From: Micropruina sp.
GTDB taxonomy: Bacteria; Actinomycetota; Actinomycetes; Propionibacteriales; Propionibacteriaceae
Assembly (NCBI GenBank): GCA_016716635.1
Contig: JADJVZ010000011.1
Coordinates: 1,448,585 to 1,472,584 of the forward strand
Direction: 5' to 3'
DNA length: 24,000 nt
Shown here: one piece after another, positions 6,562-14,488 of the stretch
How the letters are laid out: every line of letters begins with the position of its first letter
Position numbering within the stretch: position 1 is the first letter of the stretch
Position numbers and translations under genes: made by a program
The notes under the pieces: generated by a model
What the model saw: the letters and a program-made list of their open reading frames with translations, nothing else
Database searches by the model: none
What the model was told of the DNA's origin: nothing

Positions 6562-7443
6562 ATGGCCACCTTTGTTTTACCCCAAACCGGCGTCTTCGCG
6601 CTGGGCACCCCCATCCAAACGTTCTACGAGTTCGACCTCGCCGAGCCCCGCCCCGACGCGGCGACGCTGCTCAACGTCGTCCGGTCGCTGATCGTGGGGG
6701 TGAAGACCGGGCAAGGCAGCAACGTCGTGGTCGGCGTGCGTCCGAGCCTGCTGGCCACCATCCTCCCCGCGCAGTGCCCGAGCGGCGTCCACGACTTCGA
6801 CGCGGACGTCGTGGGCGACGATGGCTTCACGATGCCCGCGACCCAGCACGACCTTGTGGTGTGGGTGCAGTCCGGACGCCTCGACGCGGCCTTCGACGAG
6901 GGCCGGCGCGTCCTTGGCCTGGTGGCGCCCATCGCGACCCTCAAGCACGAGAACCGCGGCTGGAACTACCACGGCAACATCGACCTCACCGGCTTCGTCG
7001 ACGGCACGGAGAACCCGGCGATCGTCCCAGCCGCGGAGATTTGCCTGGTGCCGGACGAGCCCGGACGGGGCGCCTCGATCCTGTTGCTGCAAGCCTGGCG
7101 GCACGACATGGCGGCCTGGGAGGCGGCCGGCGACAAGGTTCAAAGCGAGGCGATCGGCCGCGACAAGGCCACGGACGACGAGCTCTTCCCCAAGCCCGCG
7201 AACGCGCACAACGCCCGCACTGATCAGGACGAGGTCGGCAAGATCCTGCGCAAGAACGTGCCCATCGGCGGTGCCACCGACCCCGGCACCCTGTTCATCG
7301 GCCTCTGCGCCAAGCAGTCGACCCTGCACACGATGCTGCAGCGCATGGCGGGCATGAACGGCGAGCCGCGCGACGCCCTCACCTACTACACGACCGCGAC
7401 CACCGGCGCCTACTACGTGCTCCCGGCGCTCACTGATCTCTAG
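6562..7443 (+). CDS. Dyp-type (dye-decolorizing) heme peroxidase
   Basis: 293 aa with the DyP signature DLTGFVDGTENP (GXXDG), a distal region FTMPATQHDLVVWV and the C-terminal FIGLCAKQSTLHTMLQRM...YYTTATTGAYYVLP. No encapsulin-targeting-like C-terminal tail is visible. Confidence 0.85.
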   Translation: MATFVLPQTGVFALGTPIQTFYEFDLAEPRPDAATLLNVVRSLIVGVKTGQGSNVVVGVRPSLLATILPAQCPSGVHDFDADVVGDDGFTMPATQHDLVVWVQSGRLDAAFDEGRRVLGLVAPIATLKHENRGWNYHGNIDLTGFVDGTENPAIVPAAEICLVPDEPGRGASILLLQAWRHDMAAWEAAGDKVQSEAIGRDKATDDELFPKPANAHNARTDQDEVGKILRKNVPIGGATDPGTLFIGLCAKQSTLHTMLQRMAGMNGEPRDALTYYTTATTGAYYVLPALTDL

Positions 7444-7451
7444 TTGTTGCT

Positions 7452-7480
7452 GGCCAGGAGGTTGTTGTCGGGGCCTGGCC
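7452..7480. terminator. GC-rich hairpin between convergent DyP and TetR genes (possible bidirectional terminator)
   Basis: GGCCAGG (7452-7458) and CCTGGCC (7474-7480) form a perfect 7-bp inverted repeat with a 15-nt loop. It lies in the 54-bp gap between two convergent stops. There is no U-tract and the loop is long, so support is weak. Confidence 0.3.
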
Positions 7481-7497
7481 TCGCGGGCTGAGCCGGG

Positions 7498-8073
7498 TCA
7501 TTGGAGTATGCGGTCGACGAACTCATCGATGGCGGCGTCGACGGATAGTCCGGTATCGATGGGCGTGGTGAGGTGATCGAGCATGAGCCCGTCGATGGCG
7601 TAGTGAAACAGGGCGATCTCGGACCGCCCCCCTGGCAGGCCAGCGCCGTCGTTGAATCTGACATCCTCCTCGAAAGCTCGCTGTCGCCACGCCCCAAGCG
7701 CCTTGGCGACGGCAGGACGCCGTGCGGCTTCTAGCCGCAGCTCGAAGAGCGCGAGTGACACGTGCGGGTCAACACTGAGTCGCCGGACGACGTCACGCAG
7801 GTATTCGGCGAAAAGCTCCCGGTCGGGAGTCCGAGCAGTGCGTGAAGAAGCAGCCTCGGGTTCGGGTGTGAGTCTCTCTCCGATGCGGTCGACGAGCGCG
7901 GAGATGAGATCGTCGCGGGTCGGGAAGTAGTTCGAGGCAGTGCCGCGCGGCGTGCGGGCGGCGGCGTCAACAGCACGGTGAGTGAGGCCGCGGGCTCCTT
8001 GCTCGGCCAGCACTCGGATCCCGGCGTCGGCGAGAGTGGAGCGTCGTTCGTCGTTGCGAGCCATGTCGCCCAT
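7498..8073 (-). CDS. TetR/AcrR family transcriptional regulator
   Basis: 191 aa. The N-terminal HTH is RRSTLADAGIRVLAEQGARGLTHRAVDAAARTPRGTASNYFPTRDDLISALV. The start could instead be ATG 8062-8064. Divergent from the DHFR-family gene. Confidence 0.85.
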   Translation of the reverse strand: MGDMARNDERRSTLADAGIRVLAEQGARGLTHRAVDAAARTPRGTASNYFPTRDDLISALVDRIGERLTPEPEAASSRTARTPDRELFAEYLRDVVRRLSVDPHVSLALFELRLEAARRPAVAKALGAWRQRAFEEDVRFNDGAGLPGGRSEIALFHYAIDGLMLDHLTTPIDTGLSVDAAIDEFVDRILQ

Positions 8074-8108
8074 GCTAGCTAAACCACGACTCCTGTTGTA
8101 CTTTAACT

Positions 8109-8122
8109 ACGACATGTGTCGT
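8109..8122. promoter_or_regulatory. Candidate TetR operator in the divergent intergenic region
   Basis: ACGACA-tg-TGTCGT has 6-bp perfect inverted arms. It lies 14 nt upstream of ATG 8136 and about 40 nt from the TetR start. A further CACGAC half-site is at 8085-8090. Confidence 0.3.
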
Positions 8123-8135
8123 GATTGGAGATGCT

Positions 8136-8711
8136 ATGAGGAACCTCGTCTACTACGTCGCCGTCAGCATCGACGGATACATCGCTGACCCGACGGGCGG
8201 GTTCGATGCGTTCCTGGTCGAAGGTGACCATGCGTCGGTCGTGTTCGGGGAGTACGCGGATGCGCTGCCGGTGCACGCGCATGCGGCGCTGGGAATTGAA
8301 CCGCCGAAAACGCGATTCGACACGGTGATCATGGGGTGGAACACGCTCACCCCCGCCCTCAATCTCGGAATCTCAAGCCCCTACCCCCATCTGCGTCAGA
8401 TCGTTGCGAGCCGCCACCCACGCGACGTCGACCCGGCAATCACCGTTACTGACGATCCCCTCGCCATGGTCCGCAGCCTGAAGCGGGAAGACGGTTTGGA
8501 CGTCTGGGTCTGCGGTGGTGGCGAGCTCGCAGGTTCGCTTCTGTCGGAGATTGACCGCCTCGTCATCAAGCGCCACCCCGTCGTTTTCGGCGCTGGCATT
8601 CCCCTGTTCGGCAACGCCCCCTACGATCCGCACGCGTTCGCTTTGACCGGAACCCGCTCCTTCGAGTCGGGTGTCGTGATCGAGGAATACGACTCCAGCG
8701 GCCGAGCGTGA
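8136..8711 (+). CDS. Dihydrofolate reductase family protein (RibD C-terminal domain type)
   Basis: MRNLVYYVAVSIDGYIADPTGGFD...VIMGWNT...DVWVCGGGELAGSLL...IDRLVIKRHPVVFGAGIPLF is the typical RibD_C/DHFR-like pattern. I chose ATG 8136 (GGAG at 8127-8130, 5-nt spacer) rather than the track GTG 8121. Confidence 0.75.
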   Translation: MRNLVYYVAVSIDGYIADPTGGFDAFLVEGDHASVVFGEYADALPVHAHAALGIEPPKTRFDTVIMGWNTLTPALNLGISSPYPHLRQIVASRHPRDVDPAITVTDDPLAMVRSLKREDGLDVWVCGGGELAGSLLSEIDRLVIKRHPVVFGAGIPLFGNAPYDPHAFALTGTRSFESGVVIEEYDSSGRA

Positions 8712-8770
8712 GCACCGTGACCACGCGGAGGCCAGCGCACACCAACGCTCCCTCTGACGCCTGAAGGCCG

Positions 8771-10096
8771 CTACATCGAGACTGTCGGCCGCTCGTAACG
8801 GTGCAGGTCCGCATCGTCGATGGCGAAGGTCCGGACGGGGCCGGGGCCGGTGTCGCGGGTTTCGAAACGGACGGTGACGCGGCCGAGCCCGGAGCCCCAG
8901 ACCCAGCCCTGGCCGAGGGTGTCGTGGACGACGTCTTGCCCGGCGTACCAGCCGCTGCCCCGCCGCGGCGCCGCCCCGGACACCTCGCGCACGGTGTCGT
9001 CGGTCACCTTGCCGCCGCCCACATCGAGGTCGAAGAGCGCCTCCTGCGCGACGTCGGTGAACCCGGCGACGCCGACGCCGAGCAGCCGCACGCCCGCGCT
9101 GTGATCCACGCCGCGCAAGAGCTCGGTGGCGACCGCGGCGATCACCTCGGGGCGATCCGTGGCGCCGTCCAAGGTCCGCGAGCGGGTATACGTCGTGAAA
9201 TCGGGCAGGCGGACCTTGAGCTGGATCGTCCGCGCGAACCAGCCGTGCGCAGTGACCCGCTCGGCGACGGTGCCGGCATCGCGGACGATGATCCCGGCCA
9301 ACTCGGCGTCGTCGGTGATGTCGATCTGGAAGGTGTCCTCCACCGAGATCGACTTGGTCTCGCGCTCGGCGCTCACCGGACGATCGTCCCGGGCGTGGGC
9401 GAGCGCGTGCAGGTTCTCCCCCATCGCCTTGCCCAACTCCCGCACGAGCTCTTTGACGCTCAACGCTTGGACATCGGCGACGGTGGCCACTCCCAGTTTC
9501 GACAGTCGATCCATGGTGGCCGGACCGACGCCCGGGATGGCCCGGGCGGGCAGCGGAGCGATGGTGGCAACCTCGCTGCCGGGAGCCACGAGATGTTGGC
9601 CGTTCGGTTTGGCGAGTTCCGAGGCGACCTTGGCCATGAACTTCGACGACCCCATGCCCACCGAGGCGGTGAGTCCCCCCGTGGCCTCAGTCAGGCGGGA
9701 GCGTAGATCCGCGGCGAGGGCCTCGATCGCGTCGGCTTCCAGGGAGCGGTTGGGGTCAGTCGCGAGGTCGACGAAGGCCTCGTCCAGGCTCAACGGCTCG
9801 ACCAGCGGCGACAGTTCCCGCAGCAGGCCCATGACGATGTCGGACGCCTCGCGGTACGCCCCGAAGCGTCCGCCGAGATAGGCCGCGTTCGGGCACTTGC
9901 GACGGGCTTCCGCCGTCGGCATCGCCGAGTGGACGCCGAACACCCGCGCCTCGTACGACGCGGTCGAGACCACCCCCCGCAGGCCGATGCCCCCGACGAT
10001 GACGGGTTTTCCGCGTAGGGAGGGTTTGTCCCGCTGCTCGACGGAGGCGAAGAACGCGTCCAGATCGAGGTGCAGGATCGAGGCGGTCGAGCGCAT
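8771..10096 (-). CDS. dinB: DNA polymerase IV (Y-family translesion polymerase) with C-terminal extension
   Basis: 441 aa. ILHLDLDAFFASVEQRDKPSLRGKPVIVGG and SIDEAF-like LSLDEAFVDL are catalytic motifs. The last about 90 aa (GQDVVHDTLGQGWVWGSGLGRVTVRFETRDTGPGPVRTF) look like the small G..V.H..fG.G.V domain seen on some actinobacterial repair proteins. ATGA overlap with the folA stop (10094-10098). Confidence 0.9.
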   Translation of the reverse strand: MRSTASILHLDLDAFFASVEQRDKPSLRGKPVIVGGIGLRGVVSTASYEARVFGVHSAMPTAEARRKCPNAAYLGGRFGAYREASDIVMGLLRELSPLVEPLSLDEAFVDLATDPNRSLEADAIEALAADLRSRLTEATGGLTASVGMGSSKFMAKVASELAKPNGQHLVAPGSEVATIAPLPARAIPGVGPATMDRLSKLGVATVADVQALSVKELVRELGKAMGENLHALAHARDDRPVSAERETKSISVEDTFQIDITDDAELAGIIVRDAGTVAERVTAHGWFARTIQLKVRLPDFTTYTRSRTLDGATDRPEVIAAVATELLRGVDHSAGVRLLGVGVAGFTDVAQEALFDLDVGGGKVTDDTVREVSGAAPRRGSGWYAGQDVVHDTLGQGWVWGSGLGRVTVRFETRDTGPGPVRTFAIDDADLHRYERPTVSM

Positions 10097-10611
10097 CAGC
10101 GCCGAACGTAGATGACGAAGTCGAAGCCCGTTCGCGGCTCGCGGGATTCCTCGACCCAGACCTCCGGATCGATGGCGGGGAAGAAGGCGTCCCCCTCGGG
10201 CTCAGCGTCGACCTCGGTGATGTCGAGGCGGGTCAGACGTGGCCAGGCGAGCTTGTAGACCTCGGCGCCTCCGCCGATGTAGACCGGCAGTTGCGGATCA
10301 GCGACGGCCAGCGCCTCGTCCAGGGTGGAGACCCACACCGCGGAGGTCCCGGGCGCCAACGCCCCCGGATGCTGCGCGCGAAACGCCTGCTCGGCCCCGT
10401 CCGGATCACGCGTCAACACGATGGACGCCCGCCCCGGCAGCGGCTTGCCGATGCCGTCGAACGTCCGCCGCCCCATGATGAGCGAGGTGCCCTTGGTGAC
10501 GGCTTTGAACCGCTTCCAATCCTCCGGCAGGTGCCACGGGATGTCGTTCGCACTGCCGATGACGCCGTTCCGCGCGACGGCGGCGATTGCGGTGAGCTCC
10601 ATGGCCCCCAC
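10096..10611 (-). CDS. folA: Dihydrofolate reductase
   Basis: LTAIAAVARNGVIGSANDIPWHLPEDWKRFKAVTKGTSLIMGRRTFDGIGKPLPGRASIVLTRD...VYIGGGAEVY is the canonical FolA pattern. The start is GTG 10609-10611 or ATG 10600-10602. Confidence 0.85.
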   Translation of the reverse strand: MGAMELTAIAAVARNGVIGSANDIPWHLPEDWKRFKAVTKGTSLIMGRRTFDGIGKPLPGRASIVLTRDPDGAEQAFRAQHPGALAPGTSAVWVSTLDEALAVADPQLPVYIGGGAEVYKLAWPRLTRLDITEVDAEPEGDAFFPAIDPEVWVEESREPRTGFDFVIYVRR

Positions 10612-10633
10612 CCTAGTTAAGAATCCTGATTCC

Positions 10634-10680
10634 GTGACGTCGCAGACTTCCTGACGACATCCAGCAAGTCAGGGCGTCAC
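10634..10680 (+). promoter_or_regulatory. Nested inverted repeats (candidate operator) in the folA / unknown-gene divergent region
   Basis: The outer repeat is GTGACG (10634-10639) / CGTCAC (10675-10680). The inner repeat is CCTGAC (10650-10655) / GTCAGG (10668-10673). An extended -10-like TGgTATATT follows at 10695-10703, only 7 nt before ATG 10711, which implies a leaderless or near-leaderless transcript. Confidence 0.3.
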
Positions 10681-10710
10681 AAACGTCGAACCGGTGGTAT
10701 ATTTTCCGGC

Positions 10711-11319
10711 ATGAAACCCTATCCGCTTGCGTCTGACGTAGTCAGCGACCTTGGCCAAGAGTTCCTGCGAGCCTTCGTTGAGGCCGTTGAAGGTGCCGAG
10801 CGGGATCGTCTTGATCATATGGCAGAGCATCCTGACTGGTACGGCACCTACCTGCAGCGTCACGTGGCGTCCTTCCTCCACGAGCGAATCTGGGGGCGGT
10901 TGCTGCCCACGCTGAGCGGGATGGCAGGGGTGACGATGATCGACTTGGAGCCGGAGCGCAGCGTCGCGATCGGGAGCCGGTACCACGTTCGTTTCAAGCG
11001 GCATCGGATCGACGGTGCGATCAGCACCTTCCGCACGGACAGTGCACTTCGGTTCTGGAGCAACCGTGTCGAGCCTCTCTCGCCTGACATGGAGGTCTGG
11101 TCGCTTGCCTTGGGCTACCTATGGGATGACGACCGCATCCAGTACCCACTGATTTCGCTCCGCGAGTCGATGGACAAGATCGTGTGGGTCCGTCCCCTCC
11201 AGGTCGCTGCCGACGGGGCAGGCGGGCAAGAGGTGACCGCGCTCACGGTCGAGACCGTGGACCTGCCGGACTTCGACCTCACCACGTTGACCGACGAGGA
11301 CATTGCCGAGGCGGAATGA
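10711..11319 (+). CDS. Hypothetical protein, 202 aa, no recognisable motif; partner of the XRE-ImmA/IrrE gene
   Basis: An ORF with a clean ATG behind a strong -10-like hexamer. Its stop TGA 11317-11319 overlaps the ATG 11316-11318 of the next gene. Hand-counted GC is about 60% over rows 10681-11160, against about 68-70% in neighbouring genes. The C-terminal tail is acidic (DLPDFDLTTLTDEDIAEAE). Confidence 0.6.
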   Translation: MKPYPLASDVVSDLGQEFLRAFVEAVEGAERDRLDHMAEHPDWYGTYLQRHVASFLHERIWGRLLPTLSGMAGVTMIDLEPERSVAIGSRYHVRFKRHRIDGAISTFRTDSALRFWSNRVEPLSPDMEVWSLALGYLWDDDRIQYPLISLRESMDKIVWVRPLQVAADGAGGQEVTALTVETVDLPDFDLTTLTDEDIAEAE

Positions 11320-12368
11320 ACACCATCGGCGATGCCATCAAGGCGGCTCGCAGATCGCTGGGGCTTACTGGTGGACAGTTGGCCACAGCCATCGGCGTCA
11401 CCCAAGCGGCCGTATCCCGCTACGAGAATGGAGAGCGCGAACTCGACCCTCCCACGCTTCAAGCGGTCGCGGATGCCCTCAAGGTCACACCCGAGTTCCT
11501 GAGGGCTGGACAAGGCTTGGAGGGGCCCATCGCAATCGACGCTCACATGCGGCGCCGAGCGACCAGCAAAGTCTCAGACTGGCGGCGTGCTGAAGCTCAA
11601 GTGAACCTTCTGTGGTTGCAGGCCAACAGGGTGGCCGAGGCGACCGAGATGACCCCGAAATTGATGCTGCCCGTCGTCGACCCGTTCGACACCTCCCCCG
11701 AGGCGGCCGCCCGGTTGACCCGCGGGCAATGGCACATGCCATTGGGGCCGGTCCGAGGGCTTACGCGCTGGGTTGAGGCGGCGGGAGTATTCATTGTTGT
11801 CAGGGACCTTGGCACCCCCCGCATCGACGGAATGTCCCAACGGCGCGGGGCCGTGTCGGTGATCCTGCTGAACTCGACGGCCCCCGTTGATCGTCGGCGC
11901 CTGACGCTCGCACACGAACTCGGACATCTCGTGCTTCATGGTGAGTACGCCGAACCCGACATGGAAACCCAGGCCAACCAGTTCGCCGCGGAACTGCTGA
12001 TGCCCGAAGCTGCGATCAAGCCGTTCCTGCACGACCTGACCCTGGCCCGCCTCGAAGCACTCAAGCTGGAATGGGGCGTGTCCATGCATGCCCTCATCCA
12101 GAGGGCCGTGGCCCTCAGGACCATGGATCGGCCCCGTCAAACCGCTCTATACAAGCAACTCTCGTCACGGGGTCAACGAGTCCGGGAACCAGGCTCGGAC
12201 CGACTCCCCGACGAGCCACCACAGATGATCGCCGGTCTGGCGACCAACCTCCGCTCACAAGGGGTCTCAGAGGCCCGGATCGGGGGGCTTATCGGGATCG
12301 CCGACTTCCTACACCCCGCCTCGCTGTTCCCACCGCCACCCGGTCCGGTTCTGTCCCGCGTCAAATAG
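11316..12368 (+). CDS. XRE-family HTH fused to ImmA/IrrE (COG2856) zinc metallopeptidase
   Basis: I trimmed the track ORF (11184..12368) to ATG 11316. The N-terminus IGDAIKAARRSLGLTGGQLATAIGVTQAAVSRYENGERELDPPTLQAVADALKV is an XRE HTH. HELGHLVLH (HEXXH) followed by ETQANQFAAELLMPE is the ImmA/IrrE signature. Confidence 0.8.
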   Translation: MNTIGDAIKAARRSLGLTGGQLATAIGVTQAAVSRYENGERELDPPTLQAVADALKVTPEFLRAGQGLEGPIAIDAHMRRRATSKVSDWRRAEAQVNLLWLQANRVAEATEMTPKLMLPVVDPFDTSPEAAARLTRGQWHMPLGPVRGLTRWVEAAGVFIVVRDLGTPRIDGMSQRRGAVSVILLNSTAPVDRRRLTLAHELGHLVLHGEYAEPDMETQANQFAAELLMPEAAIKPFLHDLTLARLEALKLEWGVSMHALIQRAVALRTMDRPRQTALYKQLSSRGQRVREPGSDRLPDEPPQMIAGLATNLRSQGVSEARIGGLIGIADFLHPASLFPPPPGPVLSRVK

Positions 12369-12402
12369 CAGCAAGACGCCCAGGATGAGCGTCCGACTTG
12401 AG

Positions 12403-13080
12403 TCACCGTGCCAAGCTGTGCACCCAACGGTGGATCAACCGGTGCACGCCGGGATCCATCGTCGGGCCGAAATGGCCCCCGACCCCGAGTTGGATGTTGG
12501 TCGCCCCCTCCAGGTGCGAGCCCCCCGTCACCACCTGGTCGTACCTCGGGCTCAACGAGACGATCCGGTCGGTCCCTTCCGGGCTCGGCTGAGGGCGGAA
12601 CATTCCGAATGGCGTTCTCTCGGCCCAGTTGGGGACCAATGCGGTGCCGTGCCAGGGCGTGCACGTGGTGATGCCCCCCGCGAGGCGCGGCGCGAGGGCC
12701 GGGTCGCGGAGCGCGGACTGGGCGATGAGCCCACCTTTGCTGTGGCCCACGAGGGTCACGTTCTGCAGGTCGTGGGCGATCAGGACGTCGGCGACGGCCC
12801 GCACCGACGGCTCGATCGCGCGCAGGTTCCAGCCGAGCGCCGGTAGGACGTAGACCGGATGCCCGGCGGCGCGCAGCGAACGCGCGAGGGGCAGTAAGAA
12901 CCGCCACGGCTCCAGCACCCCCGGGATCATCACCACCGGACGCGCCGCGCACGCCGCGTCCGCCCCCGCGGGAACGATCGCCAACGCCTCGGGGGGCGTC
13001 CGATCGAGCACGCCTGCGACCCGGCGCCACAGGGCGCGCCCCCAGTCGACCAGCGCCGGACCGGCGTCGCGCGCCTCCAT
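12403..13080 (-). CDS. Alpha/beta hydrolase (lipase/esterase-like), translationally coupled to thyA
   Basis: The real CDS is the 3' part of the track ORF 12403..13695. ATG 13078-13080 overlaps the thyA stop TGA 13080-13082. The nucleophile elbow is VTLVGHSKGG (GxSxG), preceded by PVVMIPGV (oxyanion region). Confidence 0.7.
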   Translation of the reverse strand: MEARDAGPALVDWGRALWRRVAGVLDRTPPEALAIVPAGADAACAARPVVMIPGVLEPWRFLLPLARSLRAAGHPVYVLPALGWNLRAIEPSVRAVADVLIAHDLQNVTLVGHSKGGLIAQSALRDPALAPRLAGGITTCTPWHGTALVPNWAERTPFGMFRPQPSPEGTDRIVSLSPRYDQVVTGGSHLEGATNIQLGVGGHFGPTMDPGVHRLIHRWVHSLAR

Positions 13081-13874
13081 CAGACCGCGATGGGGGCCTT
13101 GATGCCCGGGTGCGGGTCGTAGCCCACCAACGAGATGTCGTCGAGGGTGAAGGCGTCGAGCTCGGTGACGGCCGGGTTCAGCTGCAGGGTCGGCAGCGAA
13201 CGCGGCTCGCGCGTGAGCTGCAGCCGCGCCTGGTCGAGGTGGTTGGAGTAGAGGTGCGCGTCGCCGAGGGTGTGGACGAAATCGCCGACCTCGAGTCCCG
13301 TCACCTGCGCGACCATGTGGGTCAGCAGCGCGTAGGACGCGATGTTGAACGGGACGCCGAGGAAGACGTCCGCGCTGCGCTGATACAGCTGGCAGGAGAG
13401 GCGTCCGTCCGCCACGTAGAACTGGAACAGCGCGTGGCAGGGCGGCAGCGCCATGTCGTCGAGCTCGGCCACGTTCCAGGCGCTGACGATGTGACGCCGA
13501 CTGTCGGGGTTGGACTTGATCGCCTCGACGATCTGCGTGATCTGGTCGACCGTCGTACCGTCGGGCTTCGGCCAACTGCGCCATTGGTGGCCGTAAATCG
13601 GGCCGAGTTCGCCCTCTTCGTCGGCCCACTCGTCCCAGATGGTGATGTTGTTGTCGTTCAGCCAGCCGATGTTGGTCGAGCCTTGCAGGAACCACAACAG
13701 CTCGCCAAAGACGCTGCGGGTGTGGATCTTCTTCGTCGTGACAAGGGGAAATCCCTTCGTCAGGTCGAAGCGCATCTGGTAGCCGAACACGCTGCGGGTG
13801 CCGGTTCCGGTGCGGTCGGACTTCACGGCGCCGTCGTCCAAGATGTGCTGGAGCAGGTCGAGGTACTGCTTCAC
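13080..13874 (-). CDS. thyA: Thymidylate synthase (ThyA)
   Basis: 264 aa with [31 protein letters not shown]...[12 protein letters not shown]...[15 protein letters not shown], the canonical ThyA pattern. The GTG start 13872-13874 overlaps the rdgB stop (GTGA). Confidence 0.95.
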   Translation of the reverse strand: MKQYLDLLQHILDDGAVKSDRTGTGTRSVFGYQMRFDLTKGFPLVTTKKIHTRSVFGELLWFLQGSTNIGWLNDNNITIWDEWADEEGELGPIYGHQWRSWPKPDGTTVDQITQIVEAIKSNPDSRRHIVSAWNVAELDDMALPPCHALFQFYVADGRLSCQLYQRSADVFLGVPFNIASYALLTHMVAQVTGLEVGDFVHTLGDAHLYSNHLDQARLQLTREPRSLPTLQLNPAVTELDAFTLDDISLVGYDPHPGIKAPIAV

Positions 13875-14488
13875 TGGTCGTCCCCCGCGTTGAGTTGGTG
13901 GATGTAGGCGACCATGGCCCGCACTGCCTGGCCGCGGTGGCTGATGGCGTCCTTCTCGCCCGGCGACAACTCGCCGTTGGTCACGTCGTGCCCTGCGGCG
14001 ATGAACGCCGGATCGTAGCCAAAGCCGTTGGTGCCGCGGGCCTCGCGCCCGAGACGGCCGGGCATCTCGCGGACGATCACGTGCTCACCGACATATGGCT
14101 GCACGAGCGCCATGGCGCACACGAACTTGCCGGTGCGGTGCGGATCATCGACGTCCGCCACCTGGCGCAGCAGCAGGTCGAGGTTCTGTTGATCGGACGA
14201 ATCGGGTCCGGCCCAGCGCGCCGAGCGGACGCCGGGCATGCCGTTAAGAACGTCCATGGCGATGCCCGAATCATCGGCCAGCGAGGGGAACCCCGTCCGC
14301 GCCGCCGCCTCGCGGGCCTTCAACAAGGCGTTGCCCTCGAAGGTGAACTCGGTCTCGGCCGGCTCGGGGTAGGCGGGCAGATCGTCCAACCCCAGCACCT
14401 GAACCTCCAGCCCACTGTCGGCCATGATGCGGCGCAGTTCAGCCAGCTTCTTGGCGTTGTGGGTCGCCAGCACGAGCTGCTCGATCAT
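13871..14488 (-). CDS. rdgB: Non-canonical purine NTP pyrophosphatase (RdgB/HAM1, dITP/XTP)
   Basis: [18 protein letters not shown]...[10 protein letters not shown]...[23 protein letters not shown]...[12 protein letters not shown]...SHRGQA. I trimmed the track ORF to ATG 14486-14488, which overlaps the rph stop (ATGA). Confidence 0.9.
   Translation of the reverse strand: MIEQLVLATHNAKKLAELRRIMADSGLEVQVLGLDDLPAYPEPAETEFTFEGNALLKAREAAARTGFPSLADDSGIAMDVLNGMPGVRSARWAGPDSSDQQNLDLLLRQVADVDDPHRTGKFVCAMALVQPYVGEHVIVREMPGRLGREARGTNGFGYDPAFIAAGHDVTNGELSPGEKDAISHRGQAVRAMVAYIHQLNAGDDQ

Noticed and set aside
13081-13695. Upstream two-thirds of the 430-aa ORF 12403..13695
   Set aside because: It overlaps thyA in another frame and its translation is Arg/Pro-rich junk. 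The hydrolase domain begins at the Met whose ATG overlaps the thyA stop.
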